A stretch of DNA of 50,953 nucleotides. Source: an uncultured Lachnospiraceae bacterium. GTDB lineage: Bacteria > Bacillota > Clostridia > TANB77 > CAG-508. The stretch is taken from positions 1 through 50,953 of the forward strand of contig CAMPBM010000002.1 of NCBI GenBank assembly GCA_946637865.1, written 5' to 3'. The notes beneath the pieces are model-generated. The model worked only from the letters and a program-made list of their open reading frames with translations. It made no database searches and was not told the origin of the DNA. Below are positions 27,234 to 35,963 of this stretch, in pieces. Made by a program: the position numbers and the translations under genes. The stretch's first letter is position 1. Each line of letters starts with the position of its first letter.

Positions 27234-30200
27234 ATGTTTGATGAAGAAACTTTGGAAAAAGTAACAATGGAAATGTTACAAAATTTAGAATATGAATGTA
27301 TAAATGGATATGAAATTGTAAGAACAGACTTCTCAAAGGTATTATTAGAAGGAGATTTTATTCAAGCAGTACAAAGACTAAATAGAGGAATTAAAGAAGA
27401 GCAAGTAAAAGAAACTGTAAGATTAATTAGAAACTTAGATCATAATAATACAATATTGAACAACAAGCAGTTTACAGAGTATTTATTAAATGGAGTTCAA
27501 GTACCAGTTCAAGAACAAGGTGAAACAAAATACAGAACAGTTAAACTTGTTGATTTTGATAATGTAGATAATAATATATTTAAAGCAATAAACCAATATA
27601 CAATCATTGAACATAGTGAAAAAAGACCAGATATAATCATATTTGTAAATGGAATGCCATTAGTAGTAATTGAACTTAAATCAACAGTTAGAGAAGAAGT
27701 AAAATTAATAGATGGATATAATCAATTAAGAGGATATCAAGAAGTTCATATACCATCATTGTTCTACTATAATCAATTTATGATAGTGAGTGATGGAGCT
27801 CAAGCAAGAGCAGGAACAATTACAAGTCCTTGGACAAGATTTTCAGAATGGAAAAAAGTTGAAGACACAGATGAAGTTACAGATAATATGGCAACACATC
27901 AAACACTATTTAATGGAATGCTTAGAAAAGATAGATTATTAGATATTATTAGCAATTTTATTCTTTGGAGTGAAGATAACAAAATCTTGTCAGCATATCA
28001 TCAATATTTTGGTGTTAAGAAAGCAATTATAAGTACAGAAAATGCAATAGAAAATAGAACAGGAAAAGCTGGAATTGTGTGGCATACACAAGGAAGTGGT
28101 AAAAGTTTTTCAATGGTATTTTATGCTTGTAATATGATTAAAATACTGCATAATCCAAGTATAGTGGTAGTAACAGATAGAAATGATTTAGATAATCAAT
28201 TATTTACAACATTCTCAAAGTGTTCAGAATATCTAAAACAAAATCCTATCCAAATAGAAAGCAGGAAAGATTTAAATGAACAACTTGATGGAAGAAAATC
28301 AGGTGGAGTATTTTTTACAACATTGCAAAAATTTGAAGAAGATACAGGATTGTTTAGTAGTAGAGATGATATATTAGTATTAGTAGATGAAGCACATAGA
28401 AGCCACTATGGAATTGATGCAACTATAAGATTTGATACTAACAAGATGAAAGCATATAAAAAGTATGGTACAGCAAAATATTTACATGAGGCATTTCCTA
28501 ATGCAACATTTATAGGCTTTACAGGTACACCAGTTGAAACAAAAGATAAGTCAACAACAAATGTATTTGGAAATATAATTGATGTATATGATATGACACA
28601 AGCAATTGTTGATGGTTCAACTGTACCAATTATGTATGAATCAAGAATGGCAAGAGTTGGATTAAATCAACAGATATTAGATGAAATAGATGATTACTAT
28701 AATATGCTAGAAACTGAAGAAGGTGTTGAAGATTACAAAATAGCAGAATCAAAGAAAAATATGGCAACTATGAAGCAGATTATTGAAGATCCAGATAGAT
28801 TGGAAATGATTGTTAGAGATGTTATAAAACATTATGAAGAAATTGAAACAAGTGTGGCTAATAAAGCAATGGTTGTAGCATATTCAAGACAATCTGCTTA
28901 TACAATGTATAACAAATTCTTAGAACTAAGACCAGGCTGGAAAAATAAAGTTAATATGATAATAACATCAAGTAATAAAGATGATGAAGAAATGCAAAAA
29001 GCTATTGGTACAAAGAAAGATAAGAAGCAACTAGAAAAAGATTTTAAAGATATGAATTCTGAATTCAAAATAGCTATTGTGGTGGATATGTGGTTAACAG
29101 GATTTGATGTACCAGGTTTGGGAACAATGTATATAGACAAACCTATGAAAGCACATAATTTAATGCAGGCAATTGCAAGAGTAAATAGAGTTTATAAAGA
29201 TAAAACTGGTGGACTAATAATAGATTATATTGGTTTAAAAAGATGGTTATTGGATGCTTTAAAAACATATACAAAAAGAGACCAAAACAAGATAATTGAG
29301 AATAGTGAGTTGGTTAAGGTATTAAATGATAAAGTTGAATTGATTAGAGATTTATTTCAGGGATTTTATTATGAACATTTTGCTACTACAACAGATAGTG
29401 ATAAATATGAAATCATTTTAGCAGGTGCAAACTGGATGCTAAAAACAGAAGAAATTAGAAAAGCATTTATGAGATATAGCTATGACATTAAGAGTTTATA
29501 TGCACTCACAACAGGTGTTTTGTCACAAGAATTAAAAGATGAAATATTATTCTTTATATCAGTTAGGTCATTCATTTCAAAACTAAGTGGTGATAAAATT
29601 GATGTTAAAGAAATTAATGATAATGTGGCTAAAATGTTGGAAAGAGCAATTCAAGATGATGAAATTCTGCAAATAGGTGAAGTACATAACAGTAATCAAG
29701 TTGCAATATTAAGTAATGAAATATTAGATAAACTATCAAAAATGCAGAAAAAGAATATAGCAGTTGAAATATTGAATAGAGCATTAAAGGAATATGTTGA
29801 GCAAATTGGAAAGCAAAATGTAGTTATGATGGAAAAATTCTCAACTAAATTCCAAAAAATTGCAGCAAGATATAATGAAAGAACTAGTGTTGAAGATATA
29901 GAGAAAATCATACAAGAAATGATTAACTTAAAAATTGAAATTGAACAAGGCTTAAAAGCAGGAAATCAATATAATTTGTCAGATGAGGAAAAAGCATTTT
30001 TTGATGCATTAGGAGATGATCCTGAAGTTAAGGAACTAATGAAAGATGAAACTCTTGTGTTGATTGCTAAGGAGCTTGTAGAAACAGTTAATAACAATAT
30101 GACAATTGATTGGGATATAAGAAAAGATGCAAGAGCAAGAATGAGAATTGAAATTAAGAAACTATTAATTAAGTATGATTATCCACCTAATAAGAGTGAG

Positions 30201-30260
30201 AAAGCAGTTCAAACAGTAATTAGACAAGCTGAATTAAAATGCAAAAACATGATTCAATAA
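27234..30260 (+). CDS. hsdR: Type I restriction enzyme, R subunit (helicase-nuclease)
   Basis: The N-terminal PD-(D/E)xK-like motif is PDIIIFVNGMPLVVIELK. Helicase motif I is HTQGSGKSF, motif II is VLVDEAHRSH, and later motifs include QAIARVNR. The product is 1008 aa. Confidence 0.93.
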   Translation: MFDEETLEKVTMEMLQNLEYECINGYEIVRTDFSKVLLEGDFIQAVQRLNRGIKEEQVKETVRLIRNLDHNNTILNNKQFTEYLLNGVQVPVQEQGETKYRTVKLVDFDNVDNNIFKAINQYTIIEHSEKRPDIIIFVNGMPLVVIELKSTVREEVKLIDGYNQLRGYQEVHIPSLFYYNQFMIVSDGAQARAGTITSPWTRFSEWKKVEDTDEVTDNMATHQTLFNGMLRKDRLLDIISNFILWSEDNKILSAYHQYFGVKKAIISTENAIENRTGKAGIVWHTQGSGKSFSMVFYACNMIKILHNPSIVVVTDRNDLDNQLFTTFSKCSEYLKQNPIQIESRKDLNEQLDGRKSGGVFFTTLQKFEEDTGLFSSRDDILVLVDEAHRSHYGIDATIRFDTNKMKAYKKYGTAKYLHEAFPNATFIGFTGTPVETKDKSTTNVFGNIIDVYDMTQAIVDGSTVPIMYESRMARVGLNQQILDEIDDYYNMLETEEGVEDYKIAESKKNMATMKQIIEDPDRLEMIVRDVIKHYEEIETSVANKAMVVAYSRQSAYTMYNKFLELRPGWKNKVNMIITSSNKDDEEMQKAIGTKKDKKQLEKDFKDMNSEFKIAIVVDMWLTGFDVPGLGTMYIDKPMKAHNLMQAIARVNRVYKDKTGGLIIDYIGLKRWLLDALKTYTKRDQNKIIENSELVKVLNDKVELIRDLFQGFYYEHFATTTDSDKYEIILAGANWMLKTEEIRKAFMRYSYDIKSLYALTTGVLSQELKDEILFFISVRSFISKLSGDKIDVKEINDNVAKMLERAIQDDEILQIGEVHNSNQVAILSNEILDKLSKMQKKNIAVEILNRALKEYVEQIGKQNVVMMEKFSTKFQKIAARYNERTSVEDIEKIIQEMINLKIEIEQGLKAGNQYNLSDEEKAFFDALGDDPEVKELMKDETLVLIAKELVETVNNNMTIDWDIRKDARARMRIEIKKLLIKYDYPPNKSEKAVQTVIRQAELKCKNMIQ

Positions 30261-30498
30261 TAAAATGACTTAGAGTAGTGTAAAATATTATTGGAAATAT
30301 TAAGTATAAGATTATAAATAGTGCTACTGATATATAGTTCTAATGTAGTTCTAATGAGGCACCAATTTTTTTAAAAATACTGAAAGTATTGAAAATTGTC
30401 CTCCAAAGGAGAAAAGACTATATATATCAAGCCTTTTCTCCATCACGATATGGTACAGTATGATACTTTAAGATATTAGATGATACATACATGTAATA

Positions 30499-30657
30499 AC
30501 TTAAAATCCTGCGGTTGAATAAACCGTGCCGGTTCGATTCCAGCCATCTGCGCCAAGTAATATCAAGGGTTTTGGAAGATTCCTCTTGGTATTATTTTTT
30601 TGCTTAAATTAAAAGTTCTAATGTAATTTGTTAGAAATCTGTTAGAACTTTTTGTGA
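30499..30657. repeat. Island direct repeat, copy 2: decayed 3' half of tRNA-Leu plus downstream block; attR-like
   Basis: acttaaaatcctgcggttgaataaaccgtgccggttcgattccAgccatctgcGcca differs from the live tRNA at 2 positions. One substitution breaks the T-stem and the other changes the discriminator base. No 5' half is present. Confidence 0.8.
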
Positions 30658-30658
30658 T

Positions 30659-31045
30659 TTAAGCAATTTGTTTCTGTGTGAATATGCTGTTAATAGTATT
30701 AGCTGATTTTTCCTTTGAATATTTATCTAAATGGCAGTATCTGTTAGCAGTAGTATTGTAGCTTGAATGACCTAACCATTCTTGAATTTCTTTCATACTG
30801 ACACCATTGGCAAGTAGAATTGATGCACAACTATGTCTACATGAGTGCAAAGTAATTCTTTTTAAACCAATACTCTCTATAAATTTTGGAACTTGATCTG
30901 TTATGGTATCAGGTTTTACTAATTCTCCATCATCCTTGACACAGATGTAATTTCCTTTATTTTTATATGTATTTCCAAAGAATAGTTTGCTAAGGGTTTG
31001 GGACAAAGTTCCATAGAAATAGAATGTGAAATAGACGAATTGTGG
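30659..31045 (-). pseudogene. Truncated tyrosine recombinase/integrase (C-terminal catalytic fragment only)
   Basis: ITLHSCRHSCASILL (HxxR box) and LGHSSYNTTANRYCH (catalytic Tyr region) are present. The N-terminal SAM-like domain and the first catalytic Arg box are absent. The frame is closed by a stop at 31046-31048. The only start is a spurious TTG. Confidence 0.75.
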
Positions 31046-31272
31046 CTAGCCACATTCAGTGCTTGCTAGCTAGGACACAAATAAAGAAGTTTTATTTGAA
31101 TAGCCAAAGCTAATAGGTCTAGTAAAATTAAAAATCAATTAATTAACTTGAGTGGGTATATCATATAAATGATTATAAAAATTGTCTGAGGATATTGTTT
31201 TTTTTGTGATTGAATGGTATCATATTAAATGAATATAGTAATTTACTTAAAAGTTGAAAGGTGGAATGGATT

Positions 31273-31485
31273 ATGCAAAGTATTTTTCCAATAATTTTTC
31301 CCATATTTATGATATTGACTATAGGTGTAATAATTTTTATGTATTCTTATAAAATTAAGGAGCATACTGAAATTATGAAAAGAGCAAGAAAAATTGATCC
31401 CACGGTAAAAACTCGCGCAGAAGCTGAGTATGTTTTAAAAAAAGATATTGCACAAAGTGTTGGAAAAGAAAATATTAATAAATAG
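31273..31485 (+). CDS. Small membrane protein, hypothetical
   Basis: MQSIFPIIFPIFMILTIGVIIFMY.. is one TM helix followed by a charged tail. GAAAGGTGG lies upstream. Confidence 0.4.
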   Translation: MQSIFPIIFPIFMILTIGVIIFMYSYKIKEHTEIMKRARKIDPTVKTRAEAEYVLKKDIAQSVGKENINK

Positions 31486-31637
31486 TTATTGCAGTAAGTA
31501 TTAAAGATTTAAAGTTAGAATAATTTTTTTTAGCTTTTTTCTTTTTATGCTAACTTTTATAACCTAAAAGTACTGCAAAGTTGTGATAAAGAAACATCTT
31601 AATTTGCTGTTTTCAATATTTAACGCCGATAAAAAAA

Positions 31638-31862
31638 GTTGCTGTTTAACACTTTTTATAGAATAATTCGCCCAAACCATAGAATTAAGTAGCGTTCTGA
31701 AATATATTAATACTCCGTTCGTTTACTGGCGATTAGATTTGAGAGAAAGACACAAGGTGGGAGCGCCAAAACTGCGCACTCCACTACGTATTAATATATT
31801 TCAGAACGCTACTTAATTCTATGGTTTGGTCTACTCAAAAGACGAAACTGTTAAACAGTAAC
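31638..31862. repeat. Palindromic repeat element B (composite): 42-bp perfect inverted arms, conserved core, and an outer imperfect inverted module
   Basis: The arms ccaaaccatagaattaagtagcgttctgaaatatattaatac (31672-31713) and 31788-31829 are exactly complementary. The core is near-identical to element A. The outer gttgctgtttaacac (31638-31652) pairs with ctgttaaacagtaac (31848-31862). Confidence 0.85.
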
Positions 31863-32004
31863 TAAAATAATAAAAAATATACAATGTTCGCTTGAAATCA
31901 GTTGAATTATACTGTGTAGTATAATGGTAGGAAATGAGAATAAGCAGTCAAGTGTGTTGCCACTGAACTTCATAGCTTTTACTATAGAAAGCGAGGTGGT
32001 GTTT

Positions 32005-32109
32005 ATGGTAGAATTTTTACTTTACATATTATTAGCGTTATATATTTCTATTATATTAAACATAGCCTTAGTTGCAGTTATCTTAATGATTTTAGCAAAT
32101 AAGGAATAA
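32005..32109 (+). CDS. Unannotated 34-aa hydrophobic peptide
   Basis: MVEFLLYILLALYISIILNIALVAVILMILANKE. GAGGTGG lies 6 nt upstream of the ATG at 32005. A 12-bp hairpin follows. Confidence 0.35.
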   Translation: MVEFLLYILLALYISIILNIALVAVILMILANKE

Positions 32110-32113
32110 AAAT

Positions 32114-32153
32114 AACAACACATTCTGCTTTTTGCCCAGGCGAATGTGTTGTT
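32114..32153 (+). terminator. Hairpin after the small-peptide ORF
   Basis: aacaacacattc (32114-32125)/gaatgtgttgtt (32142-32153). The downstream T-tract is weak. Confidence 0.4.
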
Positions 32154-32386
32154 TAACTATTAAAAGTGACAACCACATTTTCTGTGGTTTCTCATTTTCT
32201 ACTACTATTATACACAGTTTTTAATCATAAGTCAAATAATTTTATAAAAAGTTGGTGTCAAGAAGTTTTGGAAAAATAATTTAGGATATTATGTATAAGT
32301 GTCAATGATGTGAAACAAAATTTTTAAAAAGTTTTGTTTCACATCATTGACTAACATACAATAACAAATGAAATGGGGGTATAAAA

Positions 32387-33055
32387 GTGGAATATAATTT
32401 TTTCGTAAGGCAGGACAATAATTTTGGTTTAGGTACCGGTAGGAATTCTATACAGTCTACTTATTTCGAAACTAGGGCAAAAATAGAAAATGAAAAATTG
32501 ACTTTAAATTTTTATAATAGCAGTGGATTATTTAAAAAGAACATAACAAAATTTGGTACTGGTAAGGAAGAATTAAATATAAAAGAAGTAAAGTCAGTTA
32601 GTTTTGGATATGGATTCTTACTAGGAGTTGGTAATATAATAGCTATAACCTTCGTATTTTTATTTTTTATATATTACATAAGTATTCACTTTAGTGAAAT
32701 TATAAATTACGATATTAGTAAAGACGCTATTGTTTCACCAATGTTAGGTGCTATTGTACTTTTGTATGTAGTATATGTACTTATCACGTCGTTAATATTT
32801 GAATATATTAAAATTGAAAAGAAAGATAGATCTAAATACTATTTTCCAGTTTATAAATATAGAACAATGTTTAGATTGGGTAACGAAAAAAATATAAAAG
32901 ATTTTTTAAATGACCTTTTAAAAGTGAATCCTGATATTAATATAAATCAGATAGCACATAACTTAAAAAATGCAATGAAGCTTTTAAGAATAGTATTTTT
33001 AGTTGGTCTTTTCTTGGTGTTGCAATCTGGAATGTTAAGACAATTTATTCAATGA
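32387..33055 (+). CDS. Hypothetical membrane protein
   Basis: The GTG start has a GGGGG RBS. Three hydrophobic helices are present. I recognise no family. Confidence 0.5.
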   Translation: MEYNFFVRQDNNFGLGTGRNSIQSTYFETRAKIENEKLTLNFYNSSGLFKKNITKFGTGKEELNIKEVKSVSFGYGFLLGVGNIIAITFVFLFFIYYISIHFSEIINYDISKDAIVSPMLGAIVLLYVVYVLITSLIFEYIKIEKKDRSKYYFPVYKYRTMFRLGNEKNIKDFLNDLLKVNPDININQIAHNLKNAMKLLRIVFLVGLFLVLQSGMLRQFIQ

Positions 33056-33252
33056 ATGAAAAGAATAAAGAAATTTCAAAACTATGGAATGTACTGTATT
33101 CAAGAACATGTATATGATTTTAGTTCAATACAAAGACATTTTTTTACTCTAGAAGACAAAACAATAAAAGACTAATTAAGTTGCAAATTATGTTTCAAGG
33201 CTGACCAGTAACCACATTATTATTATAACGTGTAAGTAACCAAAAAATTGTG

Positions 33253-33281
33253 TTGACTTTATACAGAGGTAGATATAGAAT
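33253..33281 (+). promoter_or_regulatory. Sigma-A type promoter for the lipoprotein gene
   Basis: TTGACT (33253-33258), a 17-nt spacer, then TAGAAT (33276-33281). Confidence 0.5.
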
Positions 33282-33311
33282 AAGGTTATTAAAAATATAG
33301 GGAGGACAAAC

Positions 33312-34349
33312 TTGAAACAGAAGAGATATATTATAAACGTGTTTATCACAATAATGGTAGTATGTTTATTGGTAATGTTAACTGGTTGTAATAATAAAGA
33401 TAATAGGAATAATGAGGAAAAAAATGATGATGGAATTATTAGCAGTAACGAAGTTGGAGCTAAGTACAATGAAATATTTAATAATTATTTTAATGGTATA
33501 GAAACAACTAATATAGATATGTACCGTAAAGCATTTACAAATGTATATGTTGAGAATGAAGATATAAAGGAAGAAGATTTACAAGTAATATTAGAAAATC
33601 TTAAAAGTACTTATGGTGATAATATAAAAATAGAATACTTAGTAACAGAAGAAACAGCAATAGACAAGGAAGGTTTGAAGATTATTAAGGAATATATCGC
33701 TTCTCGTTATAAAAAAGAAGTTGAAGTTAGAGCAGGTTATAAATTAAAAATAAAAATTACCTTAAAGGGTGACAAGTATTCAGAAGATTTAAGTTCGACT
33801 TCTTATGTATATGAAATTGACGAAAAAATGGGAATATTAAACATATCTCTAAAAGAAGCAAAGTCATATTTAGGTTATCCAGATGAAGATGAAAGCTCGG
33901 AGGATAATGAAACAGTTAATTTAGAATATAAAGACGCAATAAATAATTATTTTAGTGGGGTGGAAAATGCTGATTTAAATGTATATTTATCTGCATTTCC
34001 AAAGTTCTATAGAGTAGAAATAGCAGATATGTCTGACCAGTCAACAATGGATGAATTATTAAAAGGTATTGAGAAAAAATGCGGTTCAAATGTTAAAGTT
34101 ACCTATAATGTAATTGAAGAGAATAAATATTCAAGTGGTGAATTGGAGAATATGCGAAAATTTATAGAATACATGTTTAGTGAAAATGTAAATCTTACTG
34201 ATGCATATCATTTGAAATTAGAAGTAACTGCAAAGGGTGATGATGGAAGTAATGTAACTACAGAAGAAATCTATGTATACCAGATTAATGGAAGTTGGGG
34301 TATATTGTATTATACACCTGAAGATGCAAAAGAATTTTTGGAGGAATAG
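33312..34349 (+). CDS. Lipoprotein with internally duplicated domain
   Basis: The signal peptide carries the lipobox LTGC (MKQKRYIINVFITIMVVCLLVMLTGCNN). Two ~140-aa homologous halves begin at YNEIFNNYFNGIETTNIDMY and YKDAINNYFSGVENADLNVY. The TTG start has a GGGAGG RBS. Confidence 0.7.
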   Translation: MKQKRYIINVFITIMVVCLLVMLTGCNNKDNRNNEEKNDDGIISSNEVGAKYNEIFNNYFNGIETTNIDMYRKAFTNVYVENEDIKEEDLQVILENLKSTYGDNIKIEYLVTEETAIDKEGLKIIKEYIASRYKKEVEVRAGYKLKIKITLKGDKYSEDLSSTSYVYEIDEKMGILNISLKEAKSYLGYPDEDESSEDNETVNLEYKDAINNYFSGVENADLNVYLSAFPKFYRVEIADMSDQSTMDELLKGIEKKCGSNVKVTYNVIEENKYSSGELENMRKFIEYMFSENVNLTDAYHLKLEVTAKGDDGSNVTTEEIYVYQINGSWGILYYTPEDAKEFLEE

Positions 34350-34440
34350 TTGCTTCAATTTAAGATTCGCATTTTTAGATATTTTTCTAGAAATTAGTAC
34401 GTAAAAAGTAGAAGGTTTAACAAAAAAAGGATGTGTAGGG

Positions 34441-35007
34441 ATGTTTAATAATTGGAAAGAACTAGAAGAATCAATATTAAATTGTAAAAAGTGTAAACTG
34501 TGTATGAATAGAAGAAATATAGTATTTGGTGAAGGAAATAAAAATGCAGATATAATGTTTATAGGTGAGGGACCAGGTGCTGATGAAGATGCTAAAGGTC
34601 TACCATTTGTAGGAAAAGCAGGACAACTTATGAATAAGGCTTTTGAAGGAATTGGAATAAGTAGGGAAAAAGTGTATATTGCAAATGTTGTAAAATGTAG
34701 ACCACCATCTAACAGAATTCCACAGGTAGATGAAGCAAGTAGCTGTTTGGATTATTTAAGAAATCAGGTTATATTAATAAAGCCAAAAATTATTGTACTT
34801 TTAGGGAGCACAGCATTGAAAAATATTCTAGGAAAGGAATTTGCAATAACTTCAGCAAGAGGAAAGTGGATTGAAAGAAAAAATATTTTATATATGCCAA
34901 CTTGGCATCCAGCAGCTTTGTTGAGAGATGAAGCTAAGAAAATAGAGTTTTGGAAAGATTTAAAATTGGTGAAAGAAAAGGCAGATTTTGATTCACTGAA
35001 TTTTTAG
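34441..35007 (+). CDS. Uracil-DNA glycosylase, family 4
   Basis: CKKCKLC, FIGEGPGADED and WHPAALLR motifs are present. Confidence 0.85.
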   Translation: MFNNWKELEESILNCKKCKLCMNRRNIVFGEGNKNADIMFIGEGPGADEDAKGLPFVGKAGQLMNKAFEGIGISREKVYIANVVKCRPPSNRIPQVDEASSCLDYLRNQVILIKPKIIVLLGSTALKNILGKEFAITSARGKWIERKNILYMPTWHPAALLRDEAKKIEFWKDLKLVKEKADFDSLNF

Positions 35008-35145
35008 AAAATACATTAAAAAAATATTGGAAAAGAATTATATCTTTTTTTCCTAAAATTTGACTTTTTTTAATTTTTAATGTATTATTAATTAGTAACT
35101 TTTGATATATCACTATTTTATGAATAGTATAGGAGGAATAAAAAA

Positions 35146-35940
35146 ATGGGAGAAGTTATTGTTATAACATCAGGAAAAGGTGGAGTAGGCAAAACAACAA
35201 CAACAGCAAATTTAGGAGCCGCCCTAGCGTTAAGTGGAAAGAAAGTAGTATTAGTCGATACAGATATAGGATTAAGAAATCTAGACGTAGTAATGGGATT
35301 AGAAAATAGAATTGTATATGATATAGTAGATGTTGTTGAAGAAAAGTGTAAATTAAGACAGGCTCTAATAAAGGATAAGCGTTTTGATGAATTATTCTTG
35401 CTTCCTGCCGCACAAACAAGGGATAAAAGTGCTGTAAATGAAGAGCAAATGATAAATCTAACAAGAAAACTTAAGGAAGATTTTGATTACATAATTGTAG
35501 ATTGTCCAGCAGGGATAGAACAAGGATTTAAAAATGCAATAGCAGGAGCCGATAGAGCAATTGTAGTAACAACTGCAGAGATTTCTTCTATAAGAGATGC
35601 TGATAGAATAATAGGTTTATTGGAAGCAGCAGAAATAAAAAATCCAGAATTGATAATTAATAGATTAAGACCTAACATGGTAAAAAAAGGTGAAATGATG
35701 GATGTAGAAGACATAGTGGACTTGTTATCAATAGAACTGATAGGGGTAGTACCAGATGATGAATACATAATAACTCAAACCAATAAGGGAGAACCAGCAG
35801 TTTCAAATAAAAAAGCACCTTCTGGAAGATGTTATACGGAGATTGCAAGAAGAATATTGGGCGAAAATATAGATATAACTATTCCAGGTAGAGACGAGGG
35901 GATTTTTTCTAAATTCTTTGGTATGTTTAAGAAAAAATAG
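35146..35940 (+). CDS. minD: Septum site-determining ATPase MinD
   Basis: The deviant Walker A SGKGGVGKTT is present. The C-terminal amphipathic helix is FSKFFGMFKKK. Confidence 0.95.
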   Translation: MGEVIVITSGKGGVGKTTTTANLGAALALSGKKVVLVDTDIGLRNLDVVMGLENRIVYDIVDVVEEKCKLRQALIKDKRFDELFLLPAAQTRDKSAVNEEQMINLTRKLKEDFDYIIVDCPAGIEQGFKNAIAGADRAIVVTTAEISSIRDADRIIGLLEAAEIKNPELIINRLRPNMVKKGEMMDVEDIVDLLSIELIGVVPDDEYIITQTNKGEPAVSNKKAPSGRCYTEIARRILGENIDITIPGRDEGIFSKFFGMFKKK

Positions 35941-35963
35941 TTACTGTTTTGGAGGGATTGGTA

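Larger units (their letters stand above)
21353..30657. mobile_element. Integrase-less genomic island at tRNA-Leu carrying an XRE regulator and the Type I R-M/HEPN operon
   Basis: Bounded by the direct repeats at 21353-21525 and 30499-30657. The candidate arm-type repeat gttctaatgtagttctaatga occurs at 21470-21490 and 30337-30357. An integrase remnant lies immediately beyond the right repeat. Confidence 0.6.
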
